The notes beneath the pieces are model-generated. The model did not search any database and was not told where the DNA came from. It worked only from the letters and a program-made list of their open reading frames with translations. The translations under genes and the position numbers were made by a program. Positions 14,485-23,592 of a stretch of 64,000 nt of DNA are shown piece by piece. Within the stretch, counting starts at the first letter, position 1, and each line of letters opens with the position of its first letter. This DNA comes from a virus (Duplodnaviria > Caudoviricetes): IMG/VR virus record IMGVR_UViG_3300037418_002116; one strand, written 5' to 3'.

Positions 14485-15618
14485 TTAAAATTTCATAAGT
14501 TGTTCAAGGTCATGGCGCTTGAACGATTGAACTTCGATAACGCATTGAGCTTCGGCATTTTTGAAGAACAATTTGCCATCGTGGACCTGATAAAGATCGG
14601 CTGGCCCAAATTTCAGATACACATTCTTCTGCTTGCCGTCTGATGTCGTTCCGGTTTCGTCCGGATCATAGTATGCATCATCATCCTCAAGCTCTTCGAT
14701 TTTCTGGCCTTCCTTGAACTCATAGACCGTGAAATTGAAGCTGTCGGTATATGGATTGATTCGCTGGCCATATGACACGTCGCTAACCAAACCGGGCTTG
14801 AATGTGGGGTTGGTGAGCTTGTATTTGACGACACGATAAACGTTTCGATTGTCCATCGGGGAAGCGTTCAGATACTTCACCGCTTCCAAAAGCGGTTCCT
14901 TATACCGATTCATTTCCTCGACAATGGCTTTCAAAATGTCAAAATTGAAGCTCTTGAAAGAGGCGGCGAACGCCACAATGGCGTTGATTTGATCTTTATC
15001 TTCAAGAACATCCTCGCAATAGTCTCGAATAAAATTTTCTTCCAAGCCATCATAAATGAAGTTGTAGAAAAAACGACCGGGACGGTTCTTCATGAAGTCT
15101 GAAACCGTTATCCAATCATTACACGTGACGACAAAGAGTTTCTTCGATGAAATCGAACCATCGAAGAGCGTCAACATTGCGTTTTGATCTTTGGTATCAG
15201 GGAAAACTTTTTCGAATTCGTCAAAAAACACCATGCAAGGAACCTTGATTGCCTGCAAAAGTGAATTGAAACCATCGCCCTTGTGGTTCTGATTGACCAG
15301 AATCACAGGCATATCAAGCTTAAGGGCACGTTCCGCCAAAACCTTGGCAAATAAGGTCTTTCCAGCGCCCTTGTCACCTTGTAATAGGACGCCGGTATTA
15401 GCGGGCCGGGAATTGAACGTGTTTATAACTCTGGTGGCTCGTTTTGCCACATCGCCATAAAGTTTTGTGCCGACATGCATTGTCTCTGACTTTTGAAAGA
15501 ACAGAGCGCCAAATGCGTCCCTCATGACCGTGTAGGTTCCGGCAGGCAATCTTTCGAGAACTTCGGCATGAGTGGACGGGTAAAAATTATCACCCGTCTT
15601 CAAAAAATGTTCAGACAT
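14485..15618 (-). CDS. AAA+ ATPase
   Basis: Walker A GDKGAGKT, Walker B VFFDEFEK, NRPGRF sensor/Arg region. Confidence 0.9.
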   Translation of the reverse strand: MSEHFLKTGDNFYPSTHAEVLERLPAGTYTVMRDAFGALFFQKSETMHVGTKLYGDVAKRATRVINTFNSRPANTGVLLQGDKGAGKTLFAKVLAERALKLDMPVILVNQNHKGDGFNSLLQAIKVPCMVFFDEFEKVFPDTKDQNAMLTLFDGSISSKKLFVVTCNDWITVSDFMKNRPGRFFYNFIYDGLEENFIRDYCEDVLEDKDQINAIVAFAASFKSFNFDILKAIVEEMNRYKEPLLEAVKYLNASPMDNRNVYRVVKYKLTNPTFKPGLVSDVSYGQRINPYTDSFNFTVYEFKEGQKIEELEDDDAYYDPDETGTTSDGKQKNVYLKFGPADLYQVHDGKLFFKNAEAQCVIEVQSFKRHDLEQLMKF

Positions 15619-15681
15619 AAATTTCCATTCATCATTTAAATATTTAAATTTTCACCAACATACTGAAATTAAATCGATTTG

Positions 15682-16233
15682 TCAAGCCTCATTGGTCGAA
15701 ATTGGACCAGTAGCAGACAACTTAATTGGTCGAACATTTGCAGGCTGTTGAGTGTAGAGCGGGCGTCTAGCCTCATAGAGGCGGCTTTTGGCAATTCTTG
15801 TGATATTCACCGAATCCGACTGATTTCCACCAAGGCAATGATAATTTGCAGCATCTTCACCGATGTACATTGTCACGTGACCGCCACCATTTCTTTTAAA
15901 AGTGAGAATATCACCCAAAGAAACGTTACGGGGATCGACTTTTGTTCCTACCTTGGCCCAATTCAATGCCCAAAGCATGTTTTCTGGCTTCAAAGAGGAA
16001 GGCAGTTCCTTACCAGCACGTGTGTAGATTGTCAACATGAACAAGCCGCACCAAGCGATAGAATCGTGAGAATAGACACGGTTCAGGCCCAATTCCTTAG
16101 CCCATCCGAGAATGACCGGGGAATCACGATCATTCGGCATTTCGATGGTCCCATAGAGCTTCAAAGCCTCTACAAGCATCTTGGGACCGGGCTCTTGCGC
16201 TAGAAATTGGTACTGTTTTGGTAAGTCAACCAT
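15682..16233 (-). CDS. TIGR02594-like (NlpC/P60/CHAP-type) peptidoglycan hydrolase, probable endolysin
   Basis: IAWCGLF, GGGHVTMY, LGGNQSDSV motifs; late promoter upstream. Confidence 0.85.
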   Translation of the reverse strand: MVDLPKQYQFLAQEPGPKMLVEALKLYGTIEMPNDRDSPVILGWAKELGLNRVYSHDSIAWCGLFMLTIYTRAGKELPSSLKPENMLWALNWAKVGTKVDPRNVSLGDILTFKRNGGGHVTMYIGEDAANYHCLGGNQSDSVNITRIAKSRLYEARRPLYTQQPANVRPIKLSATGPISTNEA

Positions 16234-16259
16234 TTGTATCTCCTATGTTTTTGTATTTT

Positions 16260-16266
16260 TATTTAG
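16260..16266 (-). promoter_or_regulatory. T4-type late promoter (CTAAATA)
   Basis: Variant of TATAAATA about 27 nt upstream of the endolysin start. Confidence 0.55.
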
Positions 16267-16284
16267 GCGATACGATTTTTGGCG

Positions 16285-16312
16285 TTGACACTCCCAAAAT
16301 TTTGATTATATT
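16285..16312 (+). promoter_or_regulatory. Early sigma70-type promoter
   Basis: TTGACA, 16-nt spacer, TATATT. Confidence 0.75.
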
Positions 16313-16331
16313 AATGACTGTAACGCACGTG

Positions 16332-16426
16332 CCCCAAGTTGGAGTGGGATTCTCCAACCGCTACCATGGGAGCGAAGAGCCCATGGCCCGAGTGGAAGCG
16401 GGGTTCTTCCACAACTAATTCAGGGG
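16332..16426 (+). ncRNA. Structured leader / candidate sRNA with three perfect 7-bp hairpins
   Basis: GTTGGAG/CTCCAAC, CCATGGG/CCCATGG, GTGGAAG/CTTCCAC; flanking CCCC and GGGG (the latter is the RBS) can close a cloverleaf. Confidence 0.6.
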
Positions 16427-16432
16427 AACGAA

Positions 16433-16696
16433 ATGTTTGATTCAGTTCGTGATTTCATCCAATTCTTCGATAATCGAAAGAGTATGGAACACGATTCATA
16501 TGATCGTTCCCGCACCGTCGAAATGGCCTATGACCGTTGGGTTCGTGGCGGGAACGAAAAGTTCTATCTGACAGAAGTTCAGAAGCGTGGTCGTTTCGAT
16601 ATTTTCGAGCGTTTCCGCCTTCTGTTCAAGAACGATGTCATGGACAAGTACGACTTCGATAAGGTCGCCATGCGAACCGTCGAAGGGATATGTTAA
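16433..16696 (+). CDS. Hypothetical protein
   Basis: 87-aa ORF with AGGGGA RBS after the structured leader. Confidence 0.75.
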   Translation: MFDSVRDFIQFFDNRKSMEHDSYDRSRTVEMAYDRWVRGGNEKFYLTEVQKRGRFDIFERFRLLFKNDVMDKYDFDKVAMRTVEGIC

Positions 16697-17289
16697 TCCG
16701 GTCTGTGTGAATACCGGACAAGCGGTTTATAAGACAACCGTCTGTCGAACGGCCCCCATGTGTACCACGCATAGTTGTGCCTTGGGGAGCCTGTAGAATC
16801 TGCGATCCAACGTGGACGCCAAAGAAGAATGCGCTTTTCTCGGAAGAGCGGATTTCCACCAAAGAATTTATTCCGGCCCTTGGCACAATCAAGCTCGTTT
16901 CGAGCAAGAATCGATGCATAGCACTTATGATCCTGAACGAAATACAACATTCGTTCAATGAATTTATCGGCTTCCTCACCATATGGCGGATTGGTGATAA
17001 TCCAATCGATTTTTTCTTTTGGCTCTTCCGTATAGAAATTTGCCTTATGGGCATTTTCCATTAGCGGAACGATATCCGAATTGATGACTTTCTTAAATCG
17101 GGTTGCCAGCACATTCGACATGGCACCATCGCCACATGCGGGTTCCCAAACAGTCATATTTTCAGGTTCAATTTCTAATTCGGTAGCAGTATCGAAAATT
17201 ATTTTTGTGGCATCTTCCGGCGTTGGATAGAAGTCACGTTCACGTCTCTCATGTTCCGACACCCCCAACATAGAGGGATCGTTTTTCAT
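16693..17289 (-). CDS. DNA amino-methyltransferase (N6A/N4C type)
   Basis: RDFYPTP, VWEPACGDG (SAM-binding), IITNPPY (catalytic). Confidence 0.9.
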   Translation of the reverse strand: MKNDPSMLGVSEHERRERDFYPTPEDATKIIFDTATELEIEPENMTVWEPACGDGAMSNVLATRFKKVINSDIVPLMENAHKANFYTEEPKEKIDWIITNPPYGEEADKFIERMLYFVQDHKCYASILARNELDCAKGRNKFFGGNPLFREKRILLWRPRWIADSTGSPRHNYAWYTWGPFDRRLSYKPLVRYSHRPD

Positions 17290-17531
17290 TTACGGATGTA
17301 TTTCTTTCTCTTGGCCTTTTTGACTTGTGCAAGATCGGCTGGTTTCAGGTTCGCATAGCGTCCAGCCTCGATATCACGCTTGATTTGAGCGAGCCTCCAA
17401 AGCTCGTCATCACACACTTGCATCCGAATGTTTCCGAAATTTTCTGTGTGGATTGTTCTGACTTCCGGAGATTGGGAATTTCCAATATCGTATTTTGGAT
17501 TAATTGATTTTATTGAACTATTAGGTTTCAT
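17286..17531 (-). CDS. Hypothetical basic protein
   Basis: ATG 17531 overlapping the upstream stop region. Confidence 0.6.
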   Translation of the reverse strand: MKPNSSIKSINPKYDIGNSQSPEVRTIHTENFGNIRMQVCDDELWRLAQIKRDIEAGRYANLKPADLAQVKKAKRKKYIRK

Positions 17532-17835
17532 TATGCTCTTGATTGCCACGCTGATGATGCGTGTATCGGTGTACTTTGTAATGTTTCTTAGAGGCGAAAT
17601 CGTTGATATCTATTATCGACAAATCCGCACAATCGTCCATGATTTCCATGATGCATGTCAAATCGCCAAGTTCTCTTTCGAGATGTTCCCGATTGTCGGG
17701 ACCACCGTCCGGATGATGCGATTCATAACCATGGCGCAGAATTTTTCCAACAATTTGGATGACTTCGCTGCACTCTTCGGCAAGCATCGCCAACCGTTCT
17801 GCTTCGGCTGGCGATAGTTTATTTGAAAATGTCAT
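17521..17835 (-). CDS. MazG-like NTP pyrophosphohydrolase
   Basis: LAEECSEVIQ...LERELGDL (EExxE / ExxD). Confidence 0.8.
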   Translation of the reverse strand: MTFSNKLSPAEAERLAMLAEECSEVIQIVGKILRHGYESHHPDGGPDNREHLERELGDLTCIMEIMDDCADLSIIDINDFASKKHYKVHRYTHHQRGNQEHNET

Positions 17836-18623
17836 TTATTTTCCTGTGTTTTTATAGCTGTATACCCTTTGTATTTTCCTTTTCCCAAAGAGGCAGAATC
17901 TCCACGACTGTTCATACCATTATCTCTACAAAATTTAGCTAAGTTAAAAACCTCTATTTCTGTACCATCTGGTGTTGTAACCAACCAATGTTTAGACCAC
18001 CGCAAATGATTACTCATAGCATTTCCGGGATGTTTTCTTCCAATATTAAAAAGACGAAGTTTTTCTTTCTGTTCTTCTGGCATTTTGCGACCAGATCGAA
18101 ATCCCGGATTTTTTTTACTAAAAGCTTTCAACCCTTGGCTTATTTTTTCCCTATGCTCTTTGGAGAAATTCTTACCGAACATAGGATTATCTTTACCCGT
18201 TCTTTTTCCAAGATTAGCAATACGAAGTTTTTCTTTTTGTTCATCGCTTAGAGGCTTTTTGTAATTCCAGTGGTTTTCACCAGTTATAGCGTCTCTATGA
18301 TAATGCCTATGTTTGGCGTATAGATTCGATGTATATCTCTCTTGGTATGATCTTTTTGCGCCCATTTTAGAAAATGCAAAATACATTTTTCGTTTTGCCA
18401 TGCCTTCTGTCATTTTAAGTAATAGAAGATGACAAATATAGTGTTCCTTAGCAGTTAAAAGAACTTTATTCCATTTTTCTTTATCTAATTCTGGCCATAA
18501 AGACCTTGGATATATGTGATGAGACTCATAATAAGCCCCATCAGTTTTTGTTCTACTCTCAGTTTTCGCTTTGTAAATAATTCCATAATATTTTTGAGTG
18601 TATTTGTTACTCAAAAATATCAA
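17832..18623 (-). mobile_element. Free-standing HNH homing endonuclease with NUMOD3-type repeats
   Basis: ESHHIYPRS...LTAKEHYICHLLL; repeated (S)xE(H/Q)KEK(L/I) and NPMFGK motifs; markedly AT-rich versus neighbours. Confidence 0.85.
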
Positions 18624-18626
18624 ATG

Positions 18627-18875
18627 TTATTTTCCAATGAGAGATTTAACTAGATCGTCATGACCGCCGATGTGCTGGTGAAACCCATCACCTTCATTCA
18701 AAAAGATTTGCGGGACGGTTCGTGCGCCCGGTACAAGAGCCTGTAGCTCTTCGTAAATTGCCTTGTCCTTGTCGATGTACTTGACATCGTAATCCTTGCC
18801 TTGCTGCGTCAAAAGGTTCTGTGCAGCGGTGCACCATGAACACGTCCCTGTAGCGTAAATAGTATATGTACTCAT
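18627..18875 (-). CDS. Glutaredoxin
   Basis: CSWC active site, RTVPQIF, IGGHDDL. Confidence 0.92.
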   Translation of the reverse strand: MSTYTIYATGTCSWCTAAQNLLTQQGKDYDVKYIDKDKAIYEELQALVPGARTVPQIFLNEGDGFHQHIGGHDDLVKSLIGK

Positions 18876-19087
18876 TAAAATCCTCTTCTTATTCTTCTTG
18901 TTCTTGCTCTATCTTCCATAATTGTAGACCATAATAAAATCGCAACATAAAAACCAAATATCACCAAAAAGATTGCAAAACCAATCCATAGTGGTGAAAG
19001 TACCCAAAACCATGACCAAGTAATAATACCGGCAAGTTTCAATCCAATAAAAAGTATTGCCAGTAGTGTTGGAAAACCAATTCTCAT
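18875..19087 (-). CDS. Small membrane protein
   Basis: LFIGLKLAGIITWSWFWVLSPLW hydrophobic pattern. Confidence 0.8.
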   Translation of the reverse strand: MRIGFPTLLAILFIGLKLAGIITWSWFWVLSPLWIGFAIFLVIFGFYVAILLWSTIMEDRARTRRIRRGF

Positions 19088-19266
19088 TCGTCGCCTGTCT
19101 CTATTACAAATTGTGTGTCATTCTTGCCAGAATCTGTAAACATGATGGCATCCTCACCATAATTTGCAATGAGTGCTTCAATGTCTTCTTTCCATGCCCA
19201 AAGCCGGGCATGGTTATTTGTCATTCTTTCAAGAGTCTTGTCTTTATCGAACCGGACTTGCGTCAT
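19084..19266 (-). CDS. Hypothetical protein
   Basis: 60-aa ORF, ATGA overlaps on both sides. Confidence 0.7.
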   Translation of the reverse strand: MTQVRFDKDKTLERMTNNHARLWAWKEDIEALIANYGEDAIMFTDSGKNDTQFVIETGDE

Positions 19267-19487
19267 CTTGCGGCAATCTCCAAAGCTTCAATCTGCTTGC
19301 GAATATAGCGCATGAACAACAGAGCCTTGTCTTTGGCAAGGAACGTGGCATCACCGATATCCGAGACAGGAACCGGGAATTCCAAACCGTTTTCGCACTT
19401 GTACCAAAGCTCATTCGCCTTGTAGCGAACGAATTCGACTTGCTGATTGTTGTTCACGCACTCTTTGACAGTTGGGATATTAGTCAT
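19263..19487 (-). CDS. Hypothetical phage protein
   Basis: 74-aa ORF, coupled. Confidence 0.75.
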   Translation of the reverse strand: MTNIPTVKECVNNNQQVEFVRYKANELWYKCENGLEFPVPVSDIGDATFLAKDKALLFMRYIRKQIEALEIAAR

Positions 19488-20476
19488 ATTCCGAGTTTCC
19501 TGTGTAGAATATTGGTGAATTGTTTATAATCTTGTGTGTCCAATGTATGATCATTCAGAAAATCATACAAAAATGAGGCATACTCTAACACATCAGGAAG
19601 CTTTTTGTCAAGCGTTTTATTGAAGTTCACTACATTCTGATATTCACTTCTGCCAAAGGTGAAAATAGGTTTACTATGTAGCATTGCTTCGAAGCCGACA
19701 CCGGAGTTAACCATTGAAACAATATCGCAAATTTTGATCGCTTCATGGATAGAAATGTCTTCTGTCCACTTTGCATTAGAATACTTTTTCGTGATCTTTT
19801 TCAGAGGTTCCATTGAAGCCGGATTGATCGGATGTCCCTTTACAAGCACTGTCCAACCTTTGCTTTTTGCATCTTCCAATGTAAGCGTGAGAGCAAGTTC
19901 AACAGAAATATCAGAATGATATTTGATGGTTTCATCATGTGGCAACTGACATACGAAAAGAACATCATAATGTTCCTTTGGATGTATCCGGCCTTGATTG
20001 GGTTGATCGAATTTCGATACGTTAGTTTCGATACGTTCTTGCATTTGGCGATAAAATGCCAATTGTTCTTCTGTGCATTCCGTGATCGGCATGGGCAGGA
20101 AGCTCATGTTCGCTCCCCAACCTTGGCGATCTAGCGTGAATCGTTCAGGAAAGACCGTCTGCATGAAGAAAACCATGCGGTCTGTAATGTTCGATCCTAG
20201 ATGCTCGAATTGAATTTTCTGGCGATGTGGAACGAAAACAAGATCGTAGTGTTCAGCATGGGTCTGAAAAAAATCATCGTTCAATTCCCACATCGGCACG
20301 ACGGCTTCGTCAAGCTCAATGTCGCTTGACAGACCGTCCCGCATACATTCGTAGAATCGTGCCCAATGTGTGCGGATAGCAGGGAGATTGGAATAGTCGG
20401 CTTGTGTCGGGACATGCCCGCCAAAGTTCTTAAAAGGAATATCAAGTCTGCCGTGGCACAGAAGGGCTTTTGTCAT
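19484..20476 (-). CDS. Capsule-biosynthesis (KpsS/KpsC, PF05159-like) glycosyltransferase
   Basis: VCQLPHDETI, VKGHP, VNSGVGFEAML..KPIFTFGRSEY motifs. Confidence 0.75.
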   Translation of the reverse strand: MTKALLCHGRLDIPFKNFGGHVPTQADYSNLPAIRTHWARFYECMRDGLSSDIELDEAVVPMWELNDDFFQTHAEHYDLVFVPHRQKIQFEHLGSNITDRMVFFMQTVFPERFTLDRQGWGANMSFLPMPITECTEEQLAFYRQMQERIETNVSKFDQPNQGRIHPKEHYDVLFVCQLPHDETIKYHSDISVELALTLTLEDAKSKGWTVLVKGHPINPASMEPLKKITKKYSNAKWTEDISIHEAIKICDIVSMVNSGVGFEAMLHSKPIFTFGRSEYQNVVNFNKTLDKKLPDVLEYASFLYDFLNDHTLDTQDYKQFTNILHRKLGI

Positions 20477-20678
20477 TCAATAGTCTTTCTTGGGCTTCCT
20501 GTTTCTCTCGCTTGGCTTGTTCATCCATTTGGGCTTGAATAAGCTCCACCAATTCGTCATAGTCGGTGGTCGGAACAGGATAGTTATTTTTTAGAAGGAA
20601 ATCCGCCTTATCTTCTGCGGTGACAACCTCACCCGTTATTCGGGTTGTCGTCTTGGGATGTAAGTAGACTTCTGCCAT
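20442..20678 (-). CDS. Hypothetical protein
   Basis: 78-aa ORF. Confidence 0.65.
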   Translation of the reverse strand: MAEVYLHPKTTTRITGEVVTAEDKADFLLKNNYPVPTTDYDELVELIQAQMDEQAKREKQEAQERLLNDKSPSVPRQT

Positions 20679-21297
20679 TAGGTAATGTCCAGTGTTGATT
20701 GCTTCTGGCTTCGTATTTATCGAATGCGCCTAGTTCTACAGAGTCGCCAGACTGTGAAACTTTGTAGGTTTTGGATGCCGGAAGACCGGACACAAAACAA
20801 TTCGCTTTCAGTTTATGCACTGCATCAGCCATGGCACAAAGCTTTCCCGTCACTTCAAACGGATTACCCTGCCAATCCATATCCAGACCGGAACAGAACA
20901 CATCGATTTTTTTGTGCAGCAAATATTGAATGCTTCGAACGATATCGCCGTAAAAATACGGTTCAGTGAAAAATTGAATTTCATCGAACACGGCAAGATC
21001 GACGTAATTTTCTATCTTGCCTTCAACACCAAAAGCCTTGGCGACAAATTCATCCATAGGATCGACGCTAACAATACATTTTTTACCAACGTCAATATCA
21101 TTGGTTACAGCATGTGCAGAAGTTTTCAGGCCATCATGTGAGACAATCTCTATTTCCGAGTACCTGTTATCGAATGATGGCTTGAATACAACGACGTTTT
21201 TATTGAATAGACTTCTCGAAATCAGAACTTTTTTCAAACTTTCGGTGGTCTTACCCGAGAACATAGGACCACAAGCTACCTCTAGTGTACCGTACAA
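20629..21297 (-). CDS. tk: Thymidine kinase
   Basis: GPMFSGKT, FDEIQF, GLDMDWQGNPF, YEARS; TTG start. Confidence 0.93.
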   Translation of the reverse strand: MYGTLEVACGPMFSGKTTESLKKVLISRSLFNKNVVVFKPSFDNRYSEIEIVSHDGLKTSAHAVTNDIDVGKKCIVSVDPMDEFVAKAFGVEGKIENYVDLAVFDEIQFFTEPYFYGDIVRSIQYLLHKKIDVFCSGLDMDWQGNPFEVTGKLCAMADAVHKLKANCFVSGLPASKTYKVSQSGDSVELGAFDKYEARSNQHWTLPNGRSLLTSQDDNPNNG

Positions 21298-21308
21298 AAT
21301 ATTCCTGT

Positions 21309-21992
21309 TTAAATGTCTAGATTAGAATAATATTCCACAAGCGATCTATATTCCGCCCAATTTTTTCTTTCACCCTTGGCAGTCAGGATCAAACTGTGTT
21401 TCAGATTGTCCTCGCTGAAATCCCAATTCATAAAATGTTCATCGTCTGCAAAATTGTGAACATTGATCGCCAGTTCAAATTCATCCATGGTTTCAGCCAA
21501 AGCAACTTGATCGACAAACCAATATTGAGGAAGCGTTCTAATCTTGTTCTCGACACGCTTGGCGAACAACCATGCCGTGGAATCGTACATCACAGCACCA
21601 GCGGCGACACGTGTTCCTCTCAATTCCCATTCATTGCCACCGAAGGGCTCACGAATGAACAGACCAACCGCTGCATCCGGTAATTTAACCTTACCCATGA
21701 TGACACAATCGATATCGAGTATGAGCATCTTGAAATCCTCCCCTTGGCTGTTCAGAAGGATTTCCGGGGCTACCAAGAATCGATTGATAGCGTAATATTC
21801 CCGTGTCGTCGGGGCATTCTCTTCAAAGCTATAGGTCACCATTGGATGCTCAATCCGCTGTAGACCAAGCTCGGGATTGATGATGTGAACGTGAACGAAA
21901 TTACCGTGATGGATAGCCGACTTCACGAACGCCTTTGCGTATTTGTTGAAATACTGAACATCACAAGAGGCGAAAAGTACTGTTTTATCCAT
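21309..21992 (-). CDS. GT-A fold glycosyltransferase-like protein
   Basis: LILDID (DxD), WFVDQVAL, TAKG.RK. Confidence 0.6.
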   Translation of the reverse strand: MDKTVLFASCDVQYFNKYAKAFVKSAIHHGNFVHVHIINPELGLQRIEHPMVTYSFEENAPTTREYYAINRFLVAPEILLNSQGEDFKMLILDIDCVIMGKVKLPDAAVGLFIREPFGGNEWELRGTRVAAGAVMYDSTAWLFAKRVENKIRTLPQYWFVDQVALAETMDEFELAINVHNFADDEHFMNWDFSEDNLKHSLILTAKGERKNWAEYRSLVEYYSNLDI

Positions 21993-22815
21993 GAAATTCC
22001 TTGTATGCGAACTCTGACACTCTGTTGACTACAATGTTCTTGTCAAGCGCATACAGTCCGGCACAGGCGAATGAATTCAATTCGATGATCTTCGGACCTT
22101 GCTCTGTCAAAGCAACATCACATGTATATATCGAATCTGGTTGCCAAGAATGCGCCGACATTCGTTGTGCCAGCTTAAAACAATCGGCGTCGTAGTCATG
22201 GCGAATATCTAAAACGTTATCCCAACGATACTCGGAACCATCCACCACATCACCATCGACAACTAGAAAGCGGAATTCCGCTTTCAGCGGCTTAGCCTCT
22301 GCCACCATACAGATTGTCTCTGGAATTACAGAAGTCAGTTGTTGGCTGGCGCTCAATTCGTGCCGATAGTTTTCATAAGTCAACACCATTCCGGTGAACG
22401 TCTTGAATCCGGAATTTGGGCGAACAAACACTTTGTCGTCATCGAAAAGGTTCAAGATCGCTTCAAAATTGCGCTTGATATGCTCGAAAGGGAGCATAAT
22501 GAATTGACCGTTCAACATCCACTCTTCCGGAATATAGGAATAGTAGACGTTACACATCATATTGTTGTTTAGGCCATAGGCACCCGGATTGAACGGGCGC
22601 TTGCACTTCCGGAGATATCCGTGAGAACCATACAAGATTGTAGGTTCATCATCCCACTCTTTGGGACCGTAATCTTGTTCATCAGAACTGGCAAAAGGTA
22701 TGTATTTTGCCAGATTGAGATTGTGTCCGGCGTCTCGAATAGCCTGTGCTAGATCGCCAACTGTCGAACGTGAATCCAAAATGTTCCCGTCTACAGCCCA
22801 ATTTACTTTAGTCAT
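21985..22815 (-). CDS. ATP-grasp protein (R2K/DUF4343-like), second paralog
   Basis: FVRPNSGFKTFTG, EFRF, YTCDVA...KIIELNSFACAGLY. Confidence 0.8.
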   Translation of the reverse strand: MTKVNWAVDGNILDSRSTVGDLAQAIRDAGHNLNLAKYIPFASSDEQDYGPKEWDDEPTILYGSHGYLRKCKRPFNPGAYGLNNNMMCNVYYSYIPEEWMLNGQFIMLPFEHIKRNFEAILNLFDDDKVFVRPNSGFKTFTGMVLTYENYRHELSASQQLTSVIPETICMVAEAKPLKAEFRFLVVDGDVVDGSEYRWDNVLDIRHDYDADCFKLAQRMSAHSWQPDSIYTCDVALTEQGPKIIELNSFACAGLYALDKNIVVNRVSEFAYKEFHG

Positions 22816-23274
22816 TTATTCCTTGTAGAATGAATGCCTCCCGATGCGCTTGACGAATTCCAGCTTCCGAAAGAATCTGGTGATTGGTCCAGCATGATAG
22901 TATGTGATTTCGGGATCGATTTTAATATGTAGATTGCCACTATAATACAATTCTACAAGTTTGTCAATCTGAAACCAAGCCTTTCTATCCCTAATTTCGT
23001 TATCTATAATCTTGTCAGCCGTCCAAGAAAATTGGGCGACTGGCTTCTGTTGCCAGACAACATCACAGATTGAGCGTGGAAATTCTGGGCTCATGGTTCG
23101 GGCAAGCGTCACTTTCATGACTTCGATCATCCCTCGCATCTTTTCGCCTCGGCTTTCATGATACATGTTCAGTTTCAAACATGTTTTGTCATCCATGAGC
23201 GCCGCAATCGGATCAATTTCGAACGCATGGGCCGAACTAGTGAAGAGCATAAAGAACACAAACAGATAACGCAT
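22816..23274 (-). CDS. SleB-like cell-wall hydrolase (Hydrolase_2) with signal peptide
   Basis: CLKLNMYHESRGE, ICDVVWQ..QFSW, IGRHSFY. Confidence 0.88.
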   Translation of the reverse strand: MRYLFVFFMLFTSSAHAFEIDPIAALMDDKTCLKLNMYHESRGEKMRGMIEVMKVTLARTMSPEFPRSICDVVWQQKPVAQFSWTADKIIDNEIRDRKAWFQIDKLVELYYSGNLHIKIDPEITYYHAGPITRFFRKLEFVKRIGRHSFYKE

Positions 23275-23322
23275 GGCTACATTCCTTTCTATGATGGGAG
23301 TGTAGCCGGAAAGTGTTAAATT

Positions 23323-23592
23323 TTACTTAAAGGGTAGCGAATTTGCGTTGGCATATTTTTCGATCACGTCGCCGTGGCAGGCAAGGGGAGCGCACCAGCA
23401 CACCAAATCCTTACCTTTGAGTCCTTTGACGGCTTCCATCAGTTCAGCATTCGTGCACAGATATTGCTCGAATTTTTGAATGACTTCGCCTCGGGTTCCA
23501 TCTTTTCCGATAATGAAAGGATTGCCGAATTTGGTCGTGCGATCTATCAGAACGGCACCAGCCGGATAGCCGGTTCTTTTGTTATAGATCAT
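23323..23592 (-). CDS. DUF4326-like protein
   Basis: IDRTTKFGNPF, LKGKDLVCWCAPLACHGDV. Confidence 0.85.
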   Translation of the reverse strand: MIYNKRTGYPAGAVLIDRTTKFGNPFIIGKDGTRGEVIQKFEQYLCTNAELMEAVKGLKGKDLVCWCAPLACHGDVIEKYANANSLPFK

